Shown one piece after another: positions 18,372 to 28,302 of a stretch of 64,000 nucleotides of DNA; the first letter of the stretch is position 1, and each line of letters starts with the position of its first letter. Below the pieces are notes generated by a model. That model saw only the letters and a program-made list of their open reading frames with translations. It did not search any database and was not told where the DNA came from. Origin of the DNA: Candidatus Woesebacteria bacterium (GTDB lineage: Bacteria; Patescibacteriota; Microgenomatia; UBA8517). A program made the translations under genes and the position numbers. The stretch spans positions 1,124,145 to 1,188,144 of the forward strand of contig CP065002.1 of NCBI GenBank assembly GCA_016700095.1. Reading direction: 5' to 3'.

Positions 18372-19583
18372 ATGGCAACCAATATTACATGTCCCTTTTG
18401 CAACAAACATTTTGAACCAAGTGATGCATACAAACACGAACTTGAAGAAAAATTAATTAGTGATATCAAAGCGAAATATAACGAGGAGCTTATTAAACTA
18501 AAGAAAGAAAAACAGGACATTCTTGTCAAAAGCGAAGAAAAATTGGAAGAAGTAAAAAATGAAATTACACTAAAGGCAAGAAAAGATGCGATCAATAAGG
18601 TTAGGTTGGAATACGATGCAAAAATTGCCTCCACAAAAGAGGAAAGTAAAGAGCAGGAATATAAAAATAAAGAGCTCCAGGAAGAAATTAAAAAATTATT
18701 TAAAGAACTTCGGGAAACAAAAGATACTAAAGATCGTTTAGAAATAGAATTCCAAAAGAAACTATTTGAAGAGCAAACAAAAATCAGAAACGTTGCAAGA
18801 CGTGAAGTCGAAAATGAATTTAATCTAGAGATTGCCAAGAAAGACAAAAAAATGCAAGATCTTCAAAAACAACTTCAAGAAGCACAACGCAAAGCGCAAG
18901 TCGGTTCCCAACAGCTACAAGGTGAATTGCAAGAATTAGCATTTGAGAAATCGCTCACAAGTGAATTTCCGTTCGATAAAATCCGCGAAGTCCCTAAGGG
19001 TGTCAATGGCGCAGATATAATCCAGGAAGTGTTTCATAGTTCAGGAACATTTTCAGGGACAATTGTATGGGAAATAAAAAATACCAAAAACTGGTCGAAC
19101 AAATGGATCGCAAAACTCAAACAAGACAAAAGAATGTTGAAAGCAGATCTTGCTGTCCTTGTCACTACGGCTCTTCCCGAAGGATCTTTGTCGTTTGAAT
19201 TAATTGATGGAATTCTTGTTACACAACCAGAAATCGCATTAGGTTTAAGCCATTTACTGCGGCAACAAATTATTCAAGTACACGCTGCAAACACTGCAAA
19301 CGAAGGAAAATCGGAGAAAGCTGAAATTGTATATAATTACTTAATAAGTAATGATTTCAAACAAAGAATAGAGGTATGGGTCGAATACTTCAAAAACCGT
19401 CGTGACGAGATCGACAAAGAAAGAGCTTATTATACTAAAAAATGGGAAAAGGAAGATAAAGACATTGTTCGTGTAATACAAAATACCGCCGGGATATATG
19501 GTGATTTGCAGGGGTTAATTGGCAATGCATTGCCGAAGGTTAGTTATTTGGAGCTGTCTGAGGGAGATAAGAAATTATCTTAA
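18372..19583 (+). CDS. DUF2130 family protein: N-terminal CPxC zinc finger, long coiled coil, C-terminal restriction-endonuclease-like (D...ExK) domain.
   Basis: CPFCNKHF, a K/E-rich coiled coil, then GADIIQEV...GTIVWEIKNTKNW...LVTQPEIALGLSHLLRQQIIQV matching DUF2130 C-terminal conservation. Confidence 0.8.
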   Translation: MATNITCPFCNKHFEPSDAYKHELEEKLISDIKAKYNEELIKLKKEKQDILVKSEEKLEEVKNEITLKARKDAINKVRLEYDAKIASTKEESKEQEYKNKELQEEIKKLFKELRETKDTKDRLEIEFQKKLFEEQTKIRNVARREVENEFNLEIAKKDKKMQDLQKQLQEAQRKAQVGSQQLQGELQELAFEKSLTSEFPFDKIREVPKGVNGADIIQEVFHSSGTFSGTIVWEIKNTKNWSNKWIAKLKQDKRMLKADLAVLVTTALPEGSLSFELIDGILVTQPEIALGLSHLLRQQIIQVHAANTANEGKSEKAEIVYNYLISNDFKQRIEVWVEYFKNRRDEIDKERAYYTKKWEKEDKDIVRVIQNTAGIYGDLQGLIGNALPKVSYLELSEGDKKLS

Positions 19584-19649
19584 CTAAAATCATCCGAGGT
19601 TAAACTCTACTGTCAAGTTCACGTAATATATATTTACTTTATGGTTCGC

Positions 19650-20510
19650 CTAAGCGTTATTGAAGGTATTTTGAAAGACTAAATCATACAAATACTTATT
19701 AAAATCGTCATAGTTGACAGATTTACTTATAGAAATAATATGTCCTCGTGGATTTTCATGTAATACGCCATACTTATCTACTATTACTTTTTTATCCTCA
19801 AAGGATACCCATTTACCAAATAAAACACTTAGAGCTAATACATCGTGTAAATAAGATACTGGATATTTGTATTTAAACCATTTTTTATAATTATCTAAAA
19901 TCAATCTATCTCCTTTATCTTTCGAATCAGTTAAATATTTTATTAACCAATGATTATCATCAACCGCCAAGGACGGATTAATGGTTATATCCGATACAAC
20001 TATTTTTAGCCGTTTACACTTTCGTAAAACCCTTTTAACTGCAGATACGTCATTTTTTGCGTTTGCTTCCGAAGCACCAAAATTTTTCTTCCAGGATGAA
20101 ACCATAGCTAGTACGAGTATCCTTTCTACGTCTCTAGGGTATTTTTTTATTAATTCGGATACATTTGTCAAACATCCCGAGCTCACAATAATCGTTAAAT
20201 CCTTATTAATAATCAGTTTATGAAGCTCACTTAACATAAAATCCGAATCTACATTCTTACAATCATTACATATTTTAAAGACAAAATTATTTCCACACCC
20301 TCGTTCAAAACCTGCAAATGTTGAAATATTCTGATTTGTTAATTGTAAATACTTATCTAATAACAATTTTCTATTTTGACCTATTTCGTTTGAGGTAATT
20401 ATCACATCCGGAATTACTTTTGTAAGTCGAAGAAAGTGTAGCATTGCCATATCATCGGGATCATAACCAATATCAGTACTAATCACCAACCCGATATTTT
20501 TCTTCCTCAT
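19650..20510 (-). CDS. Inosine-uridine nucleoside hydrolase (IUNH)-fold protein.
   Basis: N-terminal STDIGYDPDDMAMLHFL (the DxDxxxDD Ca-binding motif) and SSGCLTNVSELIKKYP (the GPLTN motif). It overlaps the upstream 724-aa gene by 32 nt. Confidence 0.7.
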   Translation of the reverse strand: MRKKNIGLVISTDIGYDPDDMAMLHFLRLTKVIPDVIITSNEIGQNRKLLLDKYLQLTNQNISTFAGFERGCGNNFVFKICNDCKNVDSDFMLSELHKLIINKDLTIIVSSGCLTNVSELIKKYPRDVERILVLAMVSSWKKNFGASEANAKNDVSAVKRVLRKCKRLKIVVSDITINPSLAVDDNHWLIKYLTDSKDKGDRLILDNYKKWFKYKYPVSYLHDVLALSVLFGKWVSFEDKKVIVDKYGVLHENPRGHIISISKSVNYDDFNKYLYDLVFQNTFNNA

Positions 20511-22653
20511 AAAATTTCTTCCATATCTTCAAGTTTTTTTCTTCTTCAATATACTCTCCAGGATACAACAACCTTACCGGTACAGCTTTTGCTTTGTACG
20601 CAGCCACCCAATCGACCTCATTATTTCCCACAAACGCAAACTGCTGTGGAATAATACCCAATTTATTAACCAACCTCAATACCGCTTGTTCACTGGGTTT
20701 TTTAACATTTTCCTCGCTTGATACCAAAACGTTATTAGAGTTAATTATATTACCAATATTACACTTATCAATGATTCTCATCACGAATTCTTTTGAATAG
20801 TGCGTATTAGTAAATATTGCAATTTGTATTCGTTTCTTCTTGAGATTTTTCAACATTTTTATTAATCCTTTCCTGGGTTTTGTAAAATTTATTTCCATTT
20901 GCATTTCTTTATCAAGTAGCATTCTGGCTAATTTTGGAGCAACATTTTTTTCAACACCAGCCTTCCTAACAACTTCTTCAATAATCATTATATAATCTAT
21001 CTCTTGGTACGCAATTTCTTTTGCCTTTTTTTCTTTTCCCCACAATTCCTTTAAACCGCTACTAAACAAATTATATTTATTTCCAAGTTGAAAATATTCA
21101 AATACTTTTTTATGTGTGTTGTGAATACTATTAGACCGTAAATTCTTATTCAAACCTGGTCTTTCCACTAAAGTCTCATAGAGATCAAACCCGACACCTT
21201 CAATTATTTTATGATCATGTAAGTTTACCAAGTATTCTTGAAGTTCATTGAAATTTATAAATGTCCTTTCGCATTGCATCAAGCTTAAGTTGATTATCTT
21301 CTCTGGTATATACGGACCGTTTAGCTTATACTTGGAGTCTTTTCCCAAAAACGAATCGGACACCGGACTAACTGCAAGTGCTTCTAAAGTCAAAAACTTT
21401 TCATACCTAATATTATTATCTTTCGCCCATTTAATATTTGCATAGACTGCAACAAAATCCAGATCAACGTTTTTCGTTAGATGTTTTTTCAACCATTTTC
21501 TGAACTTATCATATGTCTCAAATTTTCCAACCGAATCGTCCATCAACATAATTTTGTTAGCATTATTTATTTTATTAACAAGTTGTTCATTGGGCTCGAT
21601 GTCAATTGCATTATTCTCACTCTTTAAATCGGCAATTTCGGACCTTCTAAGAGGTCTCATTTTTACAATTCTTGTCAATACGTTTATTATTTCGATGTTA
21701 TCACAATGTACATGAACTCGAGATTGTCCCAAATACTTTGCAAGGTACTCTCTGTTTTGAAACACATAACGTAATGCCATGGCGACATCGATACCACCAT
21801 ACAAAGGTGCTAAAACCAAATCTACATCTTCCAATCTTCTTGTTTTAAAAAAGACATGTAATGCAAATAGTAAGCTTATGGGCGATGCCGCTTCTCTGTG
21901 ACTTCGTATTAAATCAAGTTCTGGATAATTTTCGACAGTCTCTACAGTTGTTAGTAGATCTTTAATCAATGATTCCAATCGGTATTGAATATTTTTTTGA
22001 TCAAGATTGGTTTTTGTAATATCCAAGAGGAGAAACAAATCAAAATACTCTTTGTATAGCATATTGAGTAGTTTATTATAGTCATCATTTTGCACTGAAT
22101 TAGTCAAGGCACTTTTGCATGCAATTAAGTAATATGCCACCACAACGTCATTGATTATGTAAAATAGTGATGCCAATTTGGCTAGCCACTCGCTTACATT
22201 AGAGGGTTTAAAATCATCGAGAAATACAAGAATATCACCATCTTCAGTGAGGTTATTCCTCAACATCGAAAGCGCGTGAATACCATTTGGACCCCATTCA
22301 AATTTTCCATCAAAATTGTAAAATTTCGGTCCTCTCAGTGCAACAAAACGTTCAGCGCCTTCTCTTGTGTGTAAGTCACTACTCTCTGACGAATTGTTCA
22401 GCCATATTTCGCGGTCTACCACAGGCATAATTCTTTCACTTAAGAAATATTTCCTTAGCCAATCTGGCAACTCCGCGAATGACTTTTTATCGATAATGGG
22501 ACTACCGTCTATTAAAAACAAATCACCTGTTATCGAATTAATTTTCTCTGGTACACTAAAGGTCTGTTCCACCCGCTTATCGATTATTGCCTGCCAATAA
22601 ATCAATTTTTTAGACATAATCTTCTCCACATCACAGTATTTGTATTTTTTCAT
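20479..22653 (-). CDS. 724-aa multidomain protein: unknown N-terminal region, degenerate PRTase-like middle domain, C-terminal HAD-like hydrolase domain.
   Basis: Middle region LVLAPLYGGIDVAMAL...KIMLMDDSVGKFET resembles the PRTase PPi-loop and hhhhDD PRPP motif. The C-terminus has GVGFDLYETLVERP (a DxYxT variant of HAD motif I) and FVGNNEVDWVAAYKAKAV (motif IV-like). Confidence 0.75.
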   Translation of the reverse strand: MKKYKYCDVEKIMSKKLIYWQAIIDKRVEQTFSVPEKINSITGDLFLIDGSPIIDKKSFAELPDWLRKYFLSERIMPVVDREIWLNNSSESSDLHTREGAERFVALRGPKFYNFDGKFEWGPNGIHALSMLRNNLTEDGDILVFLDDFKPSNVSEWLAKLASLFYIINDVVVAYYLIACKSALTNSVQNDDYNKLLNMLYKEYFDLFLLLDITKTNLDQKNIQYRLESLIKDLLTTVETVENYPELDLIRSHREAASPISLLFALHVFFKTRRLEDVDLVLAPLYGGIDVAMALRYVFQNREYLAKYLGQSRVHVHCDNIEIINVLTRIVKMRPLRRSEIADLKSENNAIDIEPNEQLVNKINNANKIMLMDDSVGKFETYDKFRKWLKKHLTKNVDLDFVAVYANIKWAKDNNIRYEKFLTLEALAVSPVSDSFLGKDSKYKLNGPYIPEKIINLSLMQCERTFINFNELQEYLVNLHDHKIIEGVGFDLYETLVERPGLNKNLRSNSIHNTHKKVFEYFQLGNKYNLFSSGLKELWGKEKKAKEIAYQEIDYIMIIEEVVRKAGVEKNVAPKLARMLLDKEMQMEINFTKPRKGLIKMLKNLKKKRIQIAIFTNTHYSKEFVMRIIDKCNIGNIINSNNVLVSSEENVKKPSEQAVLRLVNKLGIIPQQFAFVGNNEVDWVAAYKAKAVPVRLLYPGEYIEEEKNLKIWKKFYEEEKYRVGD

Positions 22654-23297
22654 ACTATATTAATAATTTTTGTCGCTTAAACGCGTAACAGCTTCGCATA
22701 CTTCTCGCACTTTTAAAAGAAGTTGGGGTTACATTTTATACTAAGGAAGTTTATATGCAAACAACTAATATATAAAAGAGTCATGTTGTTGAAATTACAT
22801 ATTCAATCAAACTATTAAAAATTTCTTTTCACAATAATATAAATAATATATATTACTTTATTGCCATACCTCGTCTTAATTTATGTGATATACTGAATAT
22901 ATAAATACTGATCCGAAACTGAAAAATCTCGTAGACAGGCTTGTCAAAAGAGGGGGTAGGGTTGACGCTTTTTATCTTCGTAACCAAAACAAAAACAAGC
23001 ATGCTATTGTTTACTTAAACGGGTGGATTGCAGGCAAAAACATCCGTGAGGCACTGCAAAAAGCATTGTTAAAATAGTCCGTATTTTTAGACTAATTTGA
23101 TAATTAGTAAATTCAGGTGTATAATAAAGATGTATTTCTAGATTGAAAGAATTACTTCTTAAAAAATTATAATATTTTAAGTTTTGTTAGATAAAAGATA
23201 CCCCAAGTTTTTAAACTATTATATTTGTATCTTTACTTCCTAAACCAATATCTTATTTTAAGGTAATAATTATCTTTCAATCTTAAATACTATTTAT

Positions 23298-24482
23298 ATG
23301 CATAACTATCGACAAAGAAATAGAGGAAGAAATTCCGGTAATTTTCGTGGTAATCAAAACGGACCACGCCGAACGGTTAAGTCATTTAATCCTTCCGGCA
23401 TGGTAAATTCGCCGCAAATACCCAGTGAAAAACAAAGTGAGTACGTTGCTAAACATTCGTTTTCTGATTTTGATATATCCAAGGAATTGAAACGCAATGT
23501 ATATTCAAAAGGTTACAAAATACCAACCCCCATCCAAGACCAAGCAATCGAACCAATTCTTTTGGGTCGTGACTTTGTTGGTATTGCCAACACCGGAACG
23601 GGGAAAACAGCTGCTTTCCTTATTCCTTTAATAAACAAAGTCCTTGTCGACCGTCATCAGCAAATATTAATTCTAACCCCGACACGTGAACTTGCAATTC
23701 AGATAAGAAATGAATTTTTGGATTTCTCGGAATATCTTGGACTGCATTCATGTTTGGCAATCGGTGGAGAAAATATCAAAAGACAAATTCGCGATTTAGA
23801 CTATAATCCGAATTTCGTTATTGCAACACCTGGAAGAATTATAGATTTACTGAATTCAAGAAAAATTAAACCGAGAAACTTTTCTACAGTTGTTCTTGAT
23901 GAGGCAGACAGAATGGTGGATATAGGCTTTATTAAAGATATTAAATATATTATTTCTTTGTTACCGTATAAACGTCAATCATTATTTTTCTCAGCAACCA
24001 TGACAGACGATGTACAAAAAGTATTAAGGGACTTTGTACGTAATCCAATTACCGTATCGGTAAAAAAAGCCGAAACAGCAGAGAATGTATTGCAACAAGT
24101 AATAAGCATTCAAAACAACAATAAGATAGACATATTACACAAATTACTTGTCAGCAAAGACTATGAAAAAGTTTTGGTATTTGGCCGGACGAAACATGGA
24201 GTCCAGAGACTTTCAGATGATTTGGTTAAAAGAGGGTTTAAATCAGGAGCAATACATGGAAACAAAAAACAAAATCAACGCAACAAAGTACTAGACTTGT
24301 TCAAACGCAATGAAATAAAAGTTCTTATAGCTACAGACGTAGCGTCCCGCGGACTTGATATTCCAAACGTCAGTCACGTAATCAATTACGATCTCCCTGA
24401 ATCAAAAGAAGCATATATTCACAGGATTGGAAGAACCGGAAGAGCAGATCAAAAAGGTGTTGCAGTTACTTTTGTCAATTAA
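23298..24482 (+). CDS. DEAD-box ATP-dependent RNA helicase.
   Basis: Q-motif region, AxxGTGKT, PTRELA, DEAD, SAT and HRIGRTGR motifs. It has a 640-bp upstream untranslated region. Confidence 0.92.
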   Translation: MHNYRQRNRGRNSGNFRGNQNGPRRTVKSFNPSGMVNSPQIPSEKQSEYVAKHSFSDFDISKELKRNVYSKGYKIPTPIQDQAIEPILLGRDFVGIANTGTGKTAAFLIPLINKVLVDRHQQILILTPTRELAIQIRNEFLDFSEYLGLHSCLAIGGENIKRQIRDLDYNPNFVIATPGRIIDLLNSRKIKPRNFSTVVLDEADRMVDIGFIKDIKYIISLLPYKRQSLFFSATMTDDVQKVLRDFVRNPITVSVKKAETAENVLQQVISIQNNNKIDILHKLLVSKDYEKVLVFGRTKHGVQRLSDDLVKRGFKSGAIHGNKKQNQRNKVLDLFKRNEIKVLIATDVASRGLDIPNVSHVINYDLPESKEAYIHRIGRTGRADQKGVAVTFVN

Positions 24483-25633
24483 ACAGTACTTCTTTTTATA
24501 GCTACTTTGTAAACTGCGGACGACACTTTCTCAACCACACCCACGTCAAACGGGCCTGGAATAATTTTGTTCGGTGTGGGATTTTTTACCATTGAAGAAA
24601 GAGCATGGGCTGCCGCTATTTTCATATCCATCGTAATTCTTTTAACTTTGGCATCCAGTGCGCCTTTAAATATTCCCGGGAAAGCCAATGAATTGTTTAC
24701 TTGGTTGGGAAAATCGGATCTACCGGTCGCGACAATAAAGGCACCTGCTTTTTTTGCATTCTCAGGCAGTATCTCAGGGATGGGATTTGCCAATGCAAAT
24801 ACAATTGCTCTATCTGCCATTAGTTGTATATCATTGTGACTAATTAAATTTGGACCCGATACTCCAACAAAAATATCAGCCCCCTTTATTGCATCACTAA
24901 GTTTTCCTGTTATATTATTTTTATTCGTTAGTTTTGCAAGTTCCTTCTTGTGAATATCTAAATCATTTCTTTTTATCGATAGTATTCCTTGTCTATCCAA
25001 AACTAAAATGTCTTGTACTTTATTAACAAATATTTTAGCGATCGCGTTTCCCGCTGCACCCGCTCCCAAAATAACCACCTTGGTTTTTTTAATATCTTTT
25101 TTTGCAACTTTTACGGCATTGATAATTCCGGCTAATACAACGACCGCAGTTCCATGCTGATCATCGTGCATTACAGGTACTCCAATATTTTGAAGGGACT
25201 TCTCTATATCAAAACACCTAGGGGCTGAGATATCTTCCAGGTTTATAGCTCCAAACACAGGAGAAATATATTTAACTGTTTTAATGATTTCATCGGGGTC
25301 TTGTGTATCTAGACATATAGGAAAAGCATCAAGATTCGCGAATGTTTTAAAAAGAACCGCCTTTCCCTCCATAACGGGAATAGCTGCCTTAGGACCAATA
25401 TTTCCAAGTCCCAGTACCGCAGATCCGTCGCTAACAATTGCTACTGTATGCGCTTTAATTGTGTAATCAAATACTCTATTACTATTTTTAGCAATTTCTT
25501 TTGAAACCTCACCAACACCCGGTGTATAAACCAGACTCATGTCTCTTTTGGTTTTAACCGGGGTTACAACACGTGTTGCCAATTTACCCTTGTATTTTTT
25601 GTGCAGAGATAGTGATGCCGTTTTATATTCCAT
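24479..25633 (-). CDS. NAD(P)-dependent malic enzyme (short form, no PTA domain).
   Basis: Malic-enzyme N-terminus ...LSLHKKYKGKL, Rossmann motif GAGAAG and overall collinearity over about 385 aa. The start was set at MEYKT (25633). The 11-codon track extension is hydrophobic junk. Confidence 0.85.
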   Translation of the reverse strand: MEYKTASLSLHKKYKGKLATRVVTPVKTKRDMSLVYTPGVGEVSKEIAKNSNRVFDYTIKAHTVAIVSDGSAVLGLGNIGPKAAIPVMEGKAVLFKTFANLDAFPICLDTQDPDEIIKTVKYISPVFGAINLEDISAPRCFDIEKSLQNIGVPVMHDDQHGTAVVVLAGIINAVKVAKKDIKKTKVVILGAGAAGNAIAKIFVNKVQDILVLDRQGILSIKRNDLDIHKKELAKLTNKNNITGKLSDAIKGADIFVGVSGPNLISHNDIQLMADRAIVFALANPIPEILPENAKKAGAFIVATGRSDFPNQVNNSLAFPGIFKGALDAKVKRITMDMKIAAAHALSSMVKNPTPNKIIPGPFDVGVVEKVSSAVYKVAIKRSTV

Positions 25634-25781
25634 GAATGAGATTTTACTGCAATATAAATAAAACATCTACCCGACAAATACCGGCAAAACTATTGCAATT
25701 TAGTAATTTCTAACATGCTTATTATGATAATTAATTTGCAACTCGCCAACAAAATTAATAATCTCCTAGTAGTTAAGTGGG

Positions 25782-26198
25782 TTAGAAATCGCGAAAACTG
25801 CTTGCCCCAACAGAAATCGATGTTGCGTTTATGGTACCACTATCCGCTTTCGTTCCAATAACCATTACGCTTTCACCGACGGCAAGATCGTCTTTTGACC
25901 CTTGCGATGTTTTATTTATCACAGTTGAATCGGAGAATACTACAATATTGTTGCCATCTTCAGACTTTACTGTAAGTGTATTATCATCCCCGTTAATAAT
26001 TTCACCTGCTATCGGTCTATTGAATTGACCATTGTCGCTTCTTGCCTGCATTCCATTCGGTCTATTTACGCCATCTGGAAAATTACGACCGGATACATTT
26101 GTCAATTTACTTTTTTGGTACTGCATTCCTCCGACAAAAGCTAAAGTCCCAACTATTATTACCGATGTAAATATGAGTAAAATATTTTTCTTCATCAT
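25782..26198 (-). CDS. Secreted small protein (DUF5666-like beta-rich domain), last gene of the ABC-exporter operon.
   Basis: Signal peptide MMKKNILLIFTSVIIVGTLAF. SD GGGGGTGATAAAAG. Confidence 0.6.
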   Translation of the reverse strand: MMKKNILLIFTSVIIVGTLAFVGGMQYQKSKLTNVSGRNFPDGVNRPNGMQARSDNGQFNRPIAGEIINGDDNTLTVKSEDGNNIVVFSDSTVINKTSQGSKDDLAVGESVMVIGTKADSGTINATSISVGASSFRDF

Positions 26199-26212
26199 CT
26201 TTTATCACCCCC

Positions 26213-27436
26213 TTATTCATATCTCAACGCTTCAATGGGTTGTAAATTTGCTGCTTTTTTTGCGGGATACCATCCGAATACTATCCCAATTCCAACAGAT
26301 ACAATAAATGCCAGAATTACCGACTGCCATGAAATCACAAATACAGAATTGTTAGTTGTAGAATAAACAAAAAAACCAAATATCCCGGATATTATTCCAA
26401 TCACGCCACCGATAAAAGTCAAAATTATTGCTTCAACCAAAAATTGCTGGATTATTGTTTTATTTTTTGCACCTATTGCTTTACGTAATCCTATTTCTCT
26501 TGTTCGTTCTGTAACAGACATTAACATAATATTCATTATTCCGATTCCACCCACCAATAATGAGATTGCTGCAATTCCTGTCAGCATACTTGTGAAAGTT
26601 CCAGTTACCGCTGTCGCCGTTTCCAGAATATCCGCCTGGGACATAATCCTAAAGTCCGCATTATTAACATCTGAAATATTATGTCTATCCAACAGTAGAT
26701 ACCCAACTTCATTTTGCGCTTTGGTCATTACATCCTCGCTTTTTGCCTCAAGTGCTATTGATGTTAAATTTTTTACACCAAATACTTGTTTCTGAGCAGT
26801 GGTTAAAGGAATATATATGCGGTCGTCTTGATTATCCATACCGCTTACACCTTTTGATTTAGTTACACCGATAATTTTAAAGTTCTTACCATTAATTCTA
26901 ATTGTTTGTCCGATTGAACTAACTCCCTCGCCAAATAAATCTTCTTCCAAACTTGGCCCTATAACAGCAACTTTAGATATGCTAGATAAATTTTGTTCGG
27001 TAATAAAATTCCCCAATGAAAGTGTCAATTTTCTTGTATCAGCGTAAATTGGCTCTACTCCAATAACTTGGGTATTAGCATTATTCCTGCCAGCAACAAC
27101 TTGAGCTCTCGCTGAATACTCCGGCGAAACACTCTTTATCGTCGTTATTTGCGAAGAATTACGAATCGCCGAAGCATCTTCATTGGTCAAAGTAGTAGCT
27201 CCCCCTACGGCTCCTCGAACATTTCCGGATGTCGAAAAACCGGGAGTAATTGTTAATAAATTTGACCCTATTGATTGAATTTGAGACTGAACCGAAGCCT
27301 TACTTGCTTCACCCATAGAAATTAAAGTAATTACACTTCCTATTCCAATAACAATTCCAAGAATAGCCAATCCAGACCTCATCTTGTTAATGATCAAGTT
27401 TTTAAATCCATTTCTTAAGAGTTTGAATAATTTCAT
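26213..27436 (-). CDS. ABC transporter permease, MacB/FtsX family.
   Basis: N-terminal TM helix, large periplasmic domain, and three C-terminal TM helices with the FtsX signature. Confidence 0.85.
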   Translation of the reverse strand: MKLFKLLRNGFKNLIINKMRSGLAILGIVIGIGSVITLISMGEASKASVQSQIQSIGSNLLTITPGFSTSGNVRGAVGGATTLTNEDASAIRNSSQITTIKSVSPEYSARAQVVAGRNNANTQVIGVEPIYADTRKLTLSLGNFITEQNLSSISKVAVIGPSLEEDLFGEGVSSIGQTIRINGKNFKIIGVTKSKGVSGMDNQDDRIYIPLTTAQKQVFGVKNLTSIALEAKSEDVMTKAQNEVGYLLLDRHNISDVNNADFRIMSQADILETATAVTGTFTSMLTGIAAISLLVGGIGIMNIMLMSVTERTREIGLRKAIGAKNKTIIQQFLVEAIILTFIGGVIGIISGIFGFFVYSTTNNSVFVISWQSVILAFIVSVGIGIVFGWYPAKKAANLQPIEALRYE

Positions 27437-27444
27437 TGTATTAT

Positions 27445-28152
27445 TTATCTCACAATACGTTGCCGATGGTCTGTACTATCTTTTATAATTTTTCCGTCTA
27501 ATATATGTATTATCCGTTTAGCGTGTTCGGCGATTTCCTTTTCGTGAGTAATCATGACGATCGTATGTCCGCTATTATTTAATTTTTGAAATATTTCCAT
27601 AATCTCTTCGGCTTGTTGTGATGCAATGTTTCCCGTGGGTTCATCAGCCAGAATTATTGCCGGTTGCATAACAAGTGCTCGAGCTATAGCGACTCTTTGT
27701 TGTTGTCCACCTGATAGTTTATTGGGGGGATAACTAACACGATCTGACAAACCAACCAATTCAAGCATCTTACTGGCCCTTCTCACCTGTTCATTGTATT
27801 GAATATCGGCATAATCCATCGGAAGCATTACATTGTCAATTGCTGACGTGCGAGGTAAGAGGTTATATGCTTGAAATATAAACCCAATTTTTTTATTCCT
27901 GGTTTCTGCAAGTTCATCGTCAACCAATTTCGATACATTTTGTCCATCTAGAATATATTCACCTTTTGAAGGTAAATCTAAAACGCCAAGTATGTGCATA
28001 AGAGTCGATTTTCCACTACCGGATGGTCCCATGATGGCAACAAACTCTCCCCTTGCTATCTCCATCGTAATATTTGCCAATACTTCTGTCTTAATATCAC
28101 CTGTCTGATATGATTTTGATACATGCTTTATTGATATGATTGGTTTCGTCAT
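27445..28152 (-). CDS. ABC transporter ATP-binding protein (MacB/LolD-type).
   Basis: Walker [10 protein letters not shown], signature [15 protein letters not shown], Walker [10 protein letters not shown]. Confidence 0.92.
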   Translation of the reverse strand: MTKPIISIKHVSKSYQTGDIKTEVLANITMEIARGEFVAIMGPSGSGKSTLMHILGVLDLPSKGEYILDGQNVSKLVDDELAETRNKKIGFIFQAYNLLPRTSAIDNVMLPMDYADIQYNEQVRRASKMLELVGLSDRVSYPPNKLSGGQQQRVAIARALVMQPAIILADEPTGNIASQQAEEIMEIFQKLNNSGHTIVMITHEKEIAEHAKRIIHILDGKIIKDSTDHRQRIVR

Positions 28153-28302
28153 ATTAAATACGTACTGATGCTATTTGTTAGGTATATTTACTCATGGTTT
28201 GTTTATTTCAGTAAACTGTCGTCGCATGCGTTTTATATAAAATAGATGTCACATATATTTTGAAAATTTAGCAACGTGGTGAATACGAAATCGCAACTAT
28301 TG

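Noticed and set aside
18365-18847. 160-aa serine-rich ORF on the minus strand.
   Set aside because: It is antisense to the K/E-rich coiled-coil region of the DUF2130 gene. It is low-complexity (poly-S/L/F) and has no SD. This is a typical shadow ORF.
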